Of a stretch of 64,000 nucleotides of DNA, positions 37,878-47,526 are shown one piece after another. Under the pieces are notes generated by a model. It did not search any database. It was not told where the DNA came from and saw only the letters and a list, made by a program, of their open reading frames with translations. The position numbers were made by a program, and so were the translations under genes. Origin of the DNA: an uncultured delta proteobacterium (GTDB taxonomy: Bacteria > Desulfobacterota > Binatia > UBA9968); the NCBI GenBank assembly GCA_963727625.1, contig CAVSHR010000004.1:1184001-1248000 (forward strand), in the 5' to 3' direction. The stretch's first letter is position 1. Every line of letters starts with the position of its first letter.

Positions 37878-38802
37878 CTTGCTTCTCCGTTTCATCGGGC
37901 CGTAACTCGGCTTGCTGCGCCGGCTGCCAGCGGCTAGAAATTTTCTTGAGCAATTCGAGCGGGTCGATGCGGGCGTTGGCCAGGCGCGCACCCCAGTGCA
38001 GGTGCGGCCCGGTAACCCGCCCGGACGATCCGGATAGCGCGATGACCTCGCCCTTCTTCACCACCGCGCCTTCTTCGACTTTAAGCTCCGAGAGGTGAAA
38101 GTACATGGTGAATAGGCCGCCGCCGTGATCCAACACCACGCTGCCGCCGGCGAAGAAAAAATTTCCCACCAGGACAACGCGGCCGTTGTTGGCGGCGAGC
38201 ACTTCGGTGCCCAACGGCGCGGACAGATCCGTGCCGCTATGGGGCGCGCGCGCCACGCCGTTGATGATCCGGCGGGAGCCGAAGGAGGAGGCCGACGCCT
38301 CTTGGGGCACAGGCCGGACGAACGGTGCGTCCCAAAGCCGCTCGGGGACCGACGACCCGAAGGCCTCGGCGAAGGCGGAGTGTTCGTGGCGGATCTCTTG
38401 GAGATTTTCCGGCGTCATCTGGTCGAAGCCCGGCGGCACGGTAAAAGATTCCCTGCGAAAGGCTCTCGCTTTAACTTTGAACGGCACGGCGCCGCTCATT
38501 GCTCTGCCGGCGCGGTTGATCGCCTTGAGCAGGAGCTTTGCGGCGCCCGGCTTGGCGGCGACGTCGGCGCCGACGATGGCACCAAAAGTGGAGTCTCCGT
38601 TAGCATAAAAGAAAATCTTTTCCTTGCCGAGCTTGCCCTCAACGCTCGCGAGCCCGTCGCCCGAGACGTTGACTTCCGCGAGTTCGCCCTGAAAAATCTC
38701 GACGCGGTTCGGCCAGACGATCTTGCTCCCGCCGGCGGCGCCGGAGCGGTTCGGTGCCGTGAAAATTACCGCGAGCAACGCAACCCAGACCAGCGCGCGC
38801 AT
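37867..38802 (-). CDS. M23 family metallopeptidase
   Basis: Signal peptide; FGSRR, HSGTD, MYFHLS, GRVTGPHLHW. Confidence 0.92.
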   Translation of the reverse strand: MRALVWVALLAVIFTAPNRSGAAGGSKIVWPNRVEIFQGELAEVNVSGDGLASVEGKLGKEKIFFYANGDSTFGAIVGADVAAKPGAAKLLLKAINRAGRAMSGAVPFKVKARAFRRESFTVPPGFDQMTPENLQEIRHEHSAFAEAFGSSVPERLWDAPFVRPVPQEASASSFGSRRIINGVARAPHSGTDLSAPLGTEVLAANNGRVVLVGNFFFAGGSVVLDHGGGLFTMYFHLSELKVEEGAVVKKGEVIALSGSSGRVTGPHLHWGARLANARIDPLELLKKISSRWQPAQQAELRPDETEKQDGP

Positions 38803-38803
38803 C

Positions 38804-40042
38804 TCACTCTTTCTCCTCGACGCGGCAGCGCGCTTTGCCCGCGGCAAAGGAGATCCGCACGAAATCGCCGGCTGCCAGGGTTGCGGCATCTTTGACAATG
38901 GTCTCCTCCGGCAGCTTGTGCGTGATGCTGTAGCCGCGATTGAGCACCGCAAGCGGGCTGAGCGCGCTCAACCGATCGGCCTGCCGGGCCAGATGATCTC
39001 GACACCGGCGCAGGCGATCTTGGAATCGGCGCATCAGATCGACCGACAGGTCGTCAAGACGTTGCTGATTTTCCCTGAGCTTACGGCCGGGGTCCGCGAG
39101 CCGCTTGGCCAGGCCGCGACAGGCTTCTTTTAGAAAATCGATCTTGAGATCCATGGCGCGCTGCAACTGGTCGCCGATCATGCTCAGCTGCTCAGTTAAA
39201 TCTGTCTTTTGCGGCACGACCATTTCCGCCGCCGCGGTGGGCGTCGGCGCGCGCTGGTCGGCGACGAAGTCGGCAATGGTGAAATCGATTTCGTGCCCCA
39301 CCGCTGAGACCACCGGGATCCGCGATGCGTGAATAGCGCGGGCGACGACTTCTTCGTTGAACGCCCACAAATCTTCCAGCGAGCCGCCGCCGCGCCCGAC
39401 GATGATCACGTCGACGCCGTCCAACCGATTCAAATCGGCGATAGCCTCGGCGATTTCCTTGCCGGCGCCGTCGCCCTGGACTTTCACCGGACGGATCACC
39501 ACCCGCCGATCGGCGAAGCGGTCGCCGAGGATACGCAGCATATCATGCAATGCCGCGCCCCGGTCGGAGGTGACGATGCCGATCGACTCGGGCAAGAACG
39601 GCAAGGGACGCTTGCGTTCCGGCGCGAAAAAACCTTCCGCCGCGAGCTTACTTTTGAGCTGCTCGAAGGCGAGATAAAGCGCACCCTGACCTTGCGGCTC
39701 CATATCGTCGACGTAGAGCTGCAGGTCGCCGCGCGCCGAGTAAACACTGACCCGGCCGAAGCACAAAACCGCCATGCCGTTTGCCGGCACGAAGCGCAAC
39801 CGCGTTCCCTGGCGGCGAAACATCACCGCGGAGATCTGGCTCTTGTCGTCCTTGAGCGTGAAATAATAGTGGCCCGACGGCGGCACGCGAAAGTTGGAAA
39901 TCTCGCCCTCTACCCAAAGCGCGTCGATCTGTGCTTCCAGCGTGCCTTTGATGAGCTCGTTCAGCTCGCTGATAGTGAGAAACTTTCGGCCGACGGCGCC
40001 AAACAGCGGCAAATCTTCGTCTTGTTTGATGGCTCTGACCAT
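38804..40042 (-). CDS. xseA: Exodeoxyribonuclease VII large subunit
   Basis: WVEGEISNF..SGHYYFTLKD, GRGGGSLEDLWAFNEE, SAVGHEIDFTIADFVADQRAPTPTAAAE, LSPLAVLNRGYS. Confidence 0.97.
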   Translation of the reverse strand: MVRAIKQDEDLPLFGAVGRKFLTISELNELIKGTLEAQIDALWVEGEISNFRVPPSGHYYFTLKDDKSQISAVMFRRQGTRLRFVPANGMAVLCFGRVSVYSARGDLQLYVDDMEPQGQGALYLAFEQLKSKLAAEGFFAPERKRPLPFLPESIGIVTSDRGAALHDMLRILGDRFADRRVVIRPVKVQGDGAGKEIAEAIADLNRLDGVDVIIVGRGGGSLEDLWAFNEEVVARAIHASRIPVVSAVGHEIDFTIADFVADQRAPTPTAAAEMVVPQKTDLTEQLSMIGDQLQRAMDLKIDFLKEACRGLAKRLADPGRKLRENQQRLDDLSVDLMRRFQDRLRRCRDHLARQADRLSALSPLAVLNRGYSITHKLPEETIVKDAATLAAGDFVRISFAAGKARCRVEEKE

Positions 40043-40062
40043 TTGCTCTTTAGCCTTAGCAC

Positions 40063-40098
40063 AAAAAAATTGGCCCTCCGAGGGGAGGGCCAATTTTT
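40063..40098. terminator. Rho-independent terminator downstream of ctpA (bidirectional shape)
   Basis: AAAAAATTGGCCCTCC-GAG-GGGAGGGCCAATTTTT. Confidence 0.8.
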
Positions 40099-40127
40099 AC
40101 AAAAGGCAATTGCCAACCCGCCAAGCG

Positions 40128-41489
40128 CTAAGCCGCCCGCTTCTGCACCACCTGTTTGAAGACTTCCCAACTTTTCAACAGATCGAGGGCCCGTTTCAGC
40201 TGGGCGTCCTTATCAATGGTCTCGTCACCGGTCGGGCCCGAAGAAGGAATTTGTTTTTCCTGCTCGCGGTCCACTTGATTCGGTTGGGAATTCGGCGACT
40301 GCGTCGGGTTTTGCAAGTGGCCCGGCAAATTTTCCTCGCGCAAACTCGGCCGGCGCGCCGCCGGTTCGGCCTTGCCGTCCACGGGCGTGTTGTCCAAGAT
40401 AATATCCGGCACGATGCCCGTGGCTTGGATCGACCGGCCATTGGGCGTGAAGTAGCGCGCCGTGGTCAAGCGCAGCGCTGAGTTGTCGTCGAGCGGCAAG
40501 ATCGTCTGCACCGAACCTTTACCGAACGTCTTGGTGCCCAACACCACCGCCCGTTTGTGGTCCTGCAATGCGCCGGCGACGATCTCAGAAGCGCTGGCGC
40601 TGCCGCCGTTAACCAAGACAACTATTGGAAAGTCCATCCAGGTACCGTCCTTCTGGGCGAAGTATTTCTGCTTCTGCGCTGCGATCCGCCCTTCGGTGTA
40701 AACGATTAAGCCGGAGTCTAGAAACATGTCCGAGACCCGCACTGCTTGGGTCAATAGACCGCCCGGATTGTTGCGTAAATCGAGCACCAGCCCCTTGATG
40801 CCGTTCTTCTCGGCGGCGATCTTTTCGAGCGCCCGCTGCATATCGCGGTCGCTGCGCTCTTGGAATTGCGCCAGCCGAATGTAGCCGTATCCCGGTTCCA
40901 GCGTGCGGCTGCGCACGCTCTGCACGCGGATGATGTCACGCACCAGTGTGAAATCCAAGAGATCGGCGACGCCCTCGCGTTTGATCGACAAATTGATCTT
41001 GGAACCTTTGACGCCGCGCATTTTTTTCACCGCGTCGACCAGCGACATGTCTTTGGTAAATTCCTGTTCGATCTTGAAGATTTGATCGCCGGGCTTGATG
41101 CCGGCCCTGGCGGCCGGGGTATCTTCGATGGGCGAGACCACCGTCAAGATCCCGCTCTTCACCGTGATCTCGATGCCCAAACCCCCGAATCGGCCCTGGG
41201 TATCGCTCTGCAGTTCTTTGTAAAGCTCGGGAGTGAGATAAGCACTGTGCGGGTCGAGGGAGTTGAGCATTCCGTTGATCGCGCCGCTGACTAGGTTTTT
41301 GGTATCGACCTCTTCGACGTAATTTTTTCTGACGATCGCAAGGATGTTGCTGAATGCTTCCAGGCTTTCGTAATCCTGCCGACCCACCGCCGCGACGTTA
41401 GGCACCCAGTGGGCGGAAAGGAAAAATCCCAAGGCTAGGCCGACAATTAAAAGCAACAACGGTGTCCCATGTTTTTGCACCATACGCAT
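40128..41489 (-). CDS. ctpA: Carboxyl-terminal processing protease, S41 family (CtpA)
   Basis: LDPHSAY, GLGIEI PDZ domain, LDLRNNPGG, SASASEIVAGALQD, TFGKGSVQ. Confidence 0.95.
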   Translation of the reverse strand: MRMVQKHGTPLLLLIVGLALGFFLSAHWVPNVAAVGRQDYESLEAFSNILAIVRKNYVEEVDTKNLVSGAINGMLNSLDPHSAYLTPELYKELQSDTQGRFGGLGIEITVKSGILTVVSPIEDTPAARAGIKPGDQIFKIEQEFTKDMSLVDAVKKMRGVKGSKINLSIKREGVADLLDFTLVRDIIRVQSVRSRTLEPGYGYIRLAQFQERSDRDMQRALEKIAAEKNGIKGLVLDLRNNPGGLLTQAVRVSDMFLDSGLIVYTEGRIAAQKQKYFAQKDGTWMDFPIVVLVNGGSASASEIVAGALQDHKRAVVLGTKTFGKGSVQTILPLDDNSALRLTTARYFTPNGRSIQATGIVPDIILDNTPVDGKAEPAARRPSLREENLPGHLQNPTQSPNSQPNQVDREQEKQIPSSGPTGDETIDKDAQLKRALDLLKSWEVFKQVVQKRAA

Positions 41490-41555
41490 TGGCTATCTCC
41501 TCGACGGGTTCGGACCTAAAACTCGCTCAAGTTTATCGCAACGCAAAAAAAATAT

Positions 41556-42725
41556 CTATTGCTTCTTGAACCACGGCACCGGGTCGAGCGAATGGCCGTC
41601 CTTGCGGATTTCGAAATAGAGCTTCGAGCCCGCCAAGGAGTCGCTGTCACCGGCCCGTCCAAGGACTTCTCCCCGCTTCACCTCGTCGCCGGTTTGTTTA
41701 AGGATTTCAGAGAGATGCCCGTAAATCGTATAGTAACGCTCGCCGTGGTCGACAATCACCATATTACCATAGCCGGAAAAACGATCGGCGTAAACGACCC
41801 TGCCCTTCTCCACCGCTTTGATCTCCTCGCCCAGGGGCGCGTCGATGTCGATGCCCTTGCGCACGATCTCGGCCGCGAACACCGGGTGCTTATACTTGCC
41901 AAAGGGGGCGGTGACCCGGCCGTGCACCGGCCATTCCAGGTGACCGCGCAGGGCTTCGAGGCCGACGCCGGGTGACGGCAGCGATGGCGCCGCTTTGGGT
42001 CGGGCCAAAGCGCGCCGGGCAATTTCCTCCAACATTTTTTCCAAGCGCTGCGCCGCTGCTTCCATTTCCTTGAGGGCACGCAAACGGGTTCGCTTTTCCC
42101 GGCGCACACTGCTCAATAGCAATTTTCTCTTCTGCGCCTCCTGGCTGATCGCTTGCTTGGCAGTTCCCAGGGCTTTTTGCTGCTCGGCCAGTTCGGCTCT
42201 TTTTTCCGACAACTCGCCAAGCAGCGTCGCTTGCCGTTCGCTTTCGGCGCCGAGCTTGGCGAGCAGCTCGCGATCGAAGGACAGCGCTGCCTCCAAATAA
42301 TGTTGGCGCTGCATGAAATCCGCTAGCGACACACTGCCGTTAAGAACCACCAGCGGGCTTCCGTTGCGCTGCCAGCGATAAAGCGCGGCGGCGCGCTTGG
42401 CGAGCAGCGCTCGCCGCGCCGCGATCGAAGCGGCAAGGCGCTCGGCTTCGGTCTCCTTGGCTTTAAGCTCGCTGCCGATCGACGAGAGCTTGGCCGCGGC
42501 CCGGTTTAGCTCCTTTGTCCGCGCGGCGAGCACGGTTTGGATTTTCCCCAACGATTGGAGCACGGAGGTTTCCTTCTTTTTTAATCGGGAAAGATCTTTT
42601 TTCTCGGTCTCGATTTTTTTGCGCATGCCCTCGAGTTCGCCTTTGACCGCCGCCGCGCCCAAGAGCCCCGGCGCCATGAAGCAAATGAGCAGCGCTATCA
42701 GGCCTGCGCGCTGGACGCTTTCCAC
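41556..42725 (-). CDS. envC: Murein hydrolase activator EnvC family
   Basis: Long coiled coil plus degenerate M23 domain (WPVHG, KGIDI, YGNMVIVDHG, LYFEIR); follows ftsEX. Confidence 0.9.
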   Translation of the reverse strand: MESVQRAGLIALLICFMAPGLLGAAAVKGELEGMRKKIETEKKDLSRLKKKETSVLQSLGKIQTVLAARTKELNRAAAKLSSIGSELKAKETEAERLAASIAARRALLAKRAAALYRWQRNGSPLVVLNGSVSLADFMQRQHYLEAALSFDRELLAKLGAESERQATLLGELSEKRAELAEQQKALGTAKQAISQEAQKRKLLLSSVRREKRTRLRALKEMEAAAQRLEKMLEEIARRALARPKAAPSLPSPGVGLEALRGHLEWPVHGRVTAPFGKYKHPVFAAEIVRKGIDIDAPLGEEIKAVEKGRVVYADRFSGYGNMVIVDHGERYYTIYGHLSEILKQTGDEVKRGEVLGRAGDSDSLAGSKLYFEIRKDGHSLDPVPWFKKQ

Positions 42726-43621
42726 GTCTTGATAAACCTCCGCAACGAAATCAGGCTGCCCGCCCCGCCCAATAGCCAGCCGGTGATGAGCAGCAGGACC
42801 ATGCCTTTCACGTCCAAAAACTGCGGTTCGCCGAGGGGGGCTAAAAAACCGCCCAGCGCCGGCACTTCGCTACGCAAAAGCAGGTAAACGATCCATAGCC
42901 CGGCAAGCGAAAGCGCACCGCCGGCGAGTCCCTGAATCATGCCTTCGATTACGAAGGGCGCTTGGATGAGGTTTTCCGAGGCGCCCACCAACTGCATGAT
43001 CTCGACTTCGTCTTTGCGCGCCAGGATCGCCAGCTTGACCGTGCTGCCGACGATAAAAAATGTCGCCATGAACAGCACGCCGCCAAAAATCCATTTGATC
43101 CATTCCACCGCGAGCACAGCTAACGCGAGCCGCTCGACCCATTCCTGCGGAAATTCGACGCTGGCAATCTGCGGCGCTTTTTTCAGACGCTGGGCCAACT
43201 CATCGACCATCGGACCGTCGCGGAAAGCCGGTTTGAGCGAGATCTCGAGGGATGCCGGTAACACCTCACGCGGCAGACCTTCCAACAAACCGGACTGGGC
43301 GCCCAAGGCGGTTTGAAAATCGCGCCAGGCTTGCTCTTGGCTGACGTGCCGGACCCGTTCGACCTCGGCCATCGCCGCGACACGTCGCACTAGCCCTTGG
43401 ACTTCATCGGGCGCCAAGCCGTTGTTCAGGTACGCGGTGATTTGAATCTGGTCGCCCCAGCCCTTGAGCAGATGTTGCAAATTGGCTTCCAGCAGCATAA
43501 AGCCGCCGAAAACAAACAGTGTCATCGCCGTGGTCCCGGCGGTCAGCGTGTGCGTCCAAATGAGCTGGCGCAAATTGCTGCGCACACGGCGCAGCACGAA
43601 ACCGAGCAGCGAAATTTTCAC
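42698..43621 (-). CDS. ftsX: Cell division permease FtsX
   Basis: LPASLEI, RKDEVEIMQLVGASENLIQAPFVIEG. Confidence 0.92.
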   Translation of the reverse strand: MKISLLGFVLRRVRSNLRQLIWTHTLTAGTTAMTLFVFGGFMLLEANLQHLLKGWGDQIQITAYLNNGLAPDEVQGLVRRVAAMAEVERVRHVSQEQAWRDFQTALGAQSGLLEGLPREVLPASLEISLKPAFRDGPMVDELAQRLKKAPQIASVEFPQEWVERLALAVLAVEWIKWIFGGVLFMATFFIVGSTVKLAILARKDEVEIMQLVGASENLIQAPFVIEGMIQGLAGGALSLAGLWIVYLLLRSEVPALGGFLAPLGEPQFLDVKGMVLLLITGWLLGGAGSLISLRRFIKTWKASSAQA

Positions 43622-44307
43622 CCGCCGTGCTCCGCAGGCAAGATCCGGGTCAGGTCGTCGACCAAAACGCCGCGCTTCAAGGAAAGCACGCGCGTGCCGT
43701 AACGATTGATCATGGTCAAATCATGAGAAGCGACGATGACCGTTGCACCACGGTCGCGCATTTTGACAAACAGGCGCATGATCTCGTCGGCCACTTCGGC
43801 GTCGAGATTGCCGGTCGGCTCATCGGCCAAAATCAACAATGGATCGTTGATCAACGCCCGCGCGATGGCGACGCGCTGCTGCTCGCCCGCCGACAGCGCC
43901 AACGGCTTGGCGTCGTAGCGCTCTTTCAAGCCGACTTCGCGCAGCAACTGATACGCCCGGGTGCGGCTCTCGCGTTTCGACAAACCGACGACTTCGGCGG
44001 CCAGCGCAACGTTTTCCAGCGCCGTCAGACCCGGCAACAGTTTGAACTCTTGAAAGACCAGGCCGATTTTTCGGCGCAGTTGGGCCACGCCGCGGCTCTT
44101 CAGCCGCGCGACGTTTTTGCCTTCGAGCAAGATCTGTCCTTCGCTCGGCTCTTCCTCCCGAAACAACAGCTTGAGTAGCGTCGATTTGCCGGCGCCGCTG
44201 GGGCCGCCGACGAAAATGAACTCGCCCGTGGCGATTTCTAAAGTGAGATCGGATATCGCCCGGTAGCTTGGCGCATAGATTTTCGAGACGTGAAAAAACT
44301 GAATCAT
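43618..44307 (-). CDS. ftsE: Cell division ATP-binding protein FtsE
   Basis: [51 protein letters not shown]. Confidence 0.94.
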   Translation of the reverse strand: MIQFFHVSKIYAPSYRAISDLTLEIATGEFIFVGGPSGAGKSTLLKLLFREEEPSEGQILLEGKNVARLKSRGVAQLRRKIGLVFQEFKLLPGLTALENVALAAEVVGLSKRESRTRAYQLLREVGLKERYDAKPLALSAGEQQRVAIARALINDPLLILADEPTGNLDAEVADEIMRLFVKMRDRGATVIVASHDLTMINRYGTRVLSLKRGVLVDDLTRILPAEHGG

Positions 44308-44356
44308 CTAAACCGCAAATTCCGCTGACAGAATCGCTATTTAATGGAAAACAAAC

Positions 44357-44385
44357 TTGACATGAGAGGGGGTGGTTGTTAGAGT
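44357..44385 (+). promoter_or_regulatory. Putative sigma70 promoter
   Basis: TTGACA-N17-TAGAGT upstream of the radical SAM gene. Confidence 0.6.
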
Positions 44386-44450
44386 TGTTGAAACTACCGC
44401 GCTTAACTTATCTATAAAGAAAGCCGCACCAACTTACAAGCACAGGAGAG

Positions 44451-46670
44451 GTGACGGATCCAATGCTCGAACAAATCAAAAAATTTCATATCGTTTTGAT
44501 CAAACCTTCCAAATACGACGACGACGGCTATGTGATTCGTTTCTGGAAAGGTGTCCTGCCGAGCAACACGCTCAACGTCTTGCACGGCCTCACCGAAGAC
44601 ATCAAAACGCGCGGCGTCTTCGGCGCGCTGCCGATCGAAGTCACCACCTTCGATGAAACCGCCGAGAAAGTGCCGCTCAAGCAAATCATTCGCTGGAGCA
44701 AGGCACCGGGCACCAAGCTGCTTGTCTGTTTGGTCGGCGTGCAGACCAATCAATTTCCCCGCGCACTGGACATGGCGCGCATCCTCAAGGCCGAAGGCAT
44801 CACGATCATCATGGGTGGTTTTCATACCAGCGGCACGATCAACATGCTTGGCGACCAGGAACCGGATATTCAGGAACTTTATCGTGAAGGCATTTGCATG
44901 GTTTCAGGCGAGGTCGAGGGCAAGTGGGAAGGCATTCTGTCGGATTACCTGCACGGCCAACTCATGCCGCTCTATAGCTTTGCCCAGGATCTGCAAAATC
45001 TCGTCGATATCGAAGAGGCGCCGCTGCCGAGAACCAGCGCCAAGACGATGAAGCATTTCGCTTATCCGAGCTTCGCCACCGCCGATACCTCGCGCGGCTG
45101 CCCGTTCGCGTGCAGCTTCTGCACGATTATCAACGTGCAGGGGCGCAAAATGCGCGAGCGCAGCCCGCAGAGCATCGCCGCGATGATGCGCCGCAACTAT
45201 CTCGATCACGGGCTGTCTTTTTATTTCTTTACCGACGACAATTTTGCGCGTAAAAAACTCTGGCGCGAAACCTTCGAAGAGATCATCAAGCTGCGCGAAG
45301 AAGGCCTTGACGTTTCCTTCATGATGCAGGTGGATCTGGCGAAAAAGCCCAAAGACTTCGTGCCGCTGGCCGCCCGCGCCGGCTGCACGCAGGTCTTTAT
45401 CGGCATGGAGAGCGTCAACCCGCAAAACCTCGAAGCCGAAGGCAAAAAACAGAACAAGGTCGAAGAGTACCGCAGCATTATCAAGGAATGGCATGACGCC
45501 GGCGTGCTGGTGCACACCGGCTACATCATCGGCCTGCCCTGGGACTCCAAAGAGCAGGTCGCCGCCGATGTGCGTTTCTTGATGGACGAAGTCGCCCCCG
45601 ACCAAGCGTCCTTTTTCATGTTGACGCCCCTGCCCGGCTCCCACGATCACCGCGAGATGAAGAAGCGCGGCGACTGGATGGATCCGGATTTCAACAAACG
45701 CGACTCTTTCCACGCCACCATCAAGCACCCGCTGATGAGCAGCGAAGAATGGACCGAGGCCTACGAGAGCGCCTGGAAAACTTTCTACAGCAAAGAAAAC
45801 ATGATCCGGAGTTTGTCGCGCTGGACCAACGAGCCGAAAAATTATTGGAACTTGATGTCGATTTTCTTCTGGTACAAGAACGCCGCGTTGATCGAAAAAC
45901 AGCATCCGATGGTGGCGGGCTTCTTCCGGCTCAAAGACCGCAAGACCCGGCGCGCCGGCTACGCGGTAGACTCGATTCCCGTGCATCTGTGGAAGCGCAC
46001 CCGGGAGAACACTAGACTGATGATCACTTGGGCGAAGTTCCTCAAGGAGATGGAAGAGGTCTGGCTCCAAACCCGCAAGAGAAGCGAGACCGAGGAGCGC
46101 TGGCTCGAACAGATACAGAAATTACAAGCCGACATCTGGCAGGCGTTGAGAATCGGTGAGATCCAAAAACTCTACAACAACGCCAAAGAAAACCTGCCGG
46201 AGCGGGCGCGCGTACTGCTCGAACCCCTGGAAGATCTTTCGTCGCGAGTGGTCTATAACCGCAACGACCTCAACCGATTTCTAAAGCAATGGGATAACCT
46301 GACGGAAACAATTCAGGATTTGCGGCCGAAAGAAAGCGAAGCGGCGCGCCGTTTGCTCGACGAGATCCACCATATTCAGACCAGTGTCCGTTTGGGTGGA
46401 CGCATCCATGAGTGGCAGGAGGCCTATACCCGGCTGCGCGGCACCCTGCCGTCAAGAACCCAGCTCAGCCTGATCAAGTTCGATGCCATCAACAATCGCG
46501 TGGTCTATTCGCGACAGGAGCTGCAGCGCGTTTGGTCGCAAACTTTGCTCAACCTGCGCCAGCTGAAGCTGTGGCAGATTCGGCCGTGGAAGTTTACCAA
46601 GGCGATGGTCAAAGACTTTTCGTTGACGACATCCTTCGCCAGTAGTTTTCGGGAATTTTCCAGACAGTAG
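44451..46670 (+). CDS. Radical SAM protein with B12-binding-like N-terminal domain and duplicated helical C-terminal extension
   Basis: SRGCPFACSFC (CxxxCxxC), FFTDDNF, VFIGMES, LTPLPGS; N-terminal LIKPSKYDDDGYVI, IMGGFH. Confidence 0.9.
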   Translation: MTDPMLEQIKKFHIVLIKPSKYDDDGYVIRFWKGVLPSNTLNVLHGLTEDIKTRGVFGALPIEVTTFDETAEKVPLKQIIRWSKAPGTKLLVCLVGVQTNQFPRALDMARILKAEGITIIMGGFHTSGTINMLGDQEPDIQELYREGICMVSGEVEGKWEGILSDYLHGQLMPLYSFAQDLQNLVDIEEAPLPRTSAKTMKHFAYPSFATADTSRGCPFACSFCTIINVQGRKMRERSPQSIAAMMRRNYLDHGLSFYFFTDDNFARKKLWRETFEEIIKLREEGLDVSFMMQVDLAKKPKDFVPLAARAGCTQVFIGMESVNPQNLEAEGKKQNKVEEYRSIIKEWHDAGVLVHTGYIIGLPWDSKEQVAADVRFLMDEVAPDQASFFMLTPLPGSHDHREMKKRGDWMDPDFNKRDSFHATIKHPLMSSEEWTEAYESAWKTFYSKENMIRSLSRWTNEPKNYWNLMSIFFWYKNAALIEKQHPMVAGFFRLKDRKTRRAGYAVDSIPVHLWKRTRENTRLMITWAKFLKEMEEVWLQTRKRSETEERWLEQIQKLQADIWQALRIGEIQKLYNNAKENLPERARVLLEPLEDLSSRVVYNRNDLNRFLKQWDNLTETIQDLRPKESEAARRLLDEIHHIQTSVRLGGRIHEWQEAYTRLRGTLPSRTQLSLIKFDAINNRVVYSRQELQRVWSQTLLNLRQLKLWQIRPWKFTKAMVKDFSLTTSFASSFREFSRQ

Positions 46671-46680
46671 CGCGCCGCCG

Positions 46681-47514
46681 CTAGTGGAGCAACGTCACCC
46701 GCTTCGCCAAACTGATGAGCTGCTCGCGCACCGCCGCGGCGTCATCGGCCTGCGGCGCCAAACGCAAATAGGTCTCGAAATCCGTGCGCGCCTGCGGATA
46801 ACACTCGAGCCTTGAATACACCGATCCGCGATCGCGGATCTCCTCGGCGCCGGCCGGCGCCAAAATAATCGCGCGGTCAAGCACCGCCAGAAGCTTTACC
46901 AAATCGTTGGCTTTTAGATAAATCGCCTTGAGATTGCCGAGCATCCGTTTGAGAATTTCCGTTTTGCTCGCGGGCTGGAGAAATTCGGGCCTAAGTCCGA
47001 CCGCCCTGCCGTACATCCTCTCGAGCATCCGGCCCAACTCCTCGCGCGATTTAATCTCGCCGTTATCAAACGCATCGATGACAATTTCCGCGCCGTCATC
47101 GGTGCATTTAACCAAAAAATGGCCGGGAAAGCCGACGCCGTCCAGTGCCAGGCCGACACGCTGCGCCACTTCCATGTAAAGCACGGATAACGTGATCGGA
47201 ATGCCGGTCTTACGCTCGATGACTTCGTTCAAGAAACTGTTTTTGGGGTCGTAGTAATCATCGCGGTTGCCGCGAAAGCCGTGTTGACGGAACAACACGT
47301 AATTGAGCGCGGCGATATGCTGGTAGTGGCCGGCGCCCGCGTCGCAGCGATGGACCACCTCCACGGCGAGCTCGTCGACGCGCGCCAGATAAGCGGCGAT
47401 ATCGAGATCGGGATAATCGTTTAAAGCGATCGTCAAGGCCGCGCGACCAAGGTCGATTTTCTCTTCCGGTCGGTCGACGGCCTGACGAAAGGCTTGATAC
47501 GGATCAGTAACCAA
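46681..47514 (-). CDS. SirB1/YchA family (transglutaminase-like plus TPR) protein
   Basis: GFRGNRDDYYDPKNSFLNEVIERKTGIPITLS, GVGFPGHFL, RMLGNLK, EIRDRG. Confidence 0.93.
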   Translation of the reverse strand: MVTDPYQAFRQAVDRPEEKIDLGRAALTIALNDYPDLDIAAYLARVDELAVEVVHRCDAGAGHYQHIAALNYVLFRQHGFRGNRDDYYDPKNSFLNEVIERKTGIPITLSVLYMEVAQRVGLALDGVGFPGHFLVKCTDDGAEIVIDAFDNGEIKSREELGRMLERMYGRAVGLRPEFLQPASKTEILKRMLGNLKAIYLKANDLVKLLAVLDRAIILAPAGAEEIRDRGSVYSRLECYPQARTDFETYLRLAPQADDAAAVREQLISLAKRVTLLH

Positions 47515-47526
47515 CTGTCGATTGAC

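Noticed and set aside
44904-46070. Long antisense ORFs (e.g. 388 aa here, 60136..61194, 49267..50211, 27191..28087, 23529..24401)
   Set aside because: Shadow frames of well-supported genes in GC-rich DNA, with no recognisable motifs.
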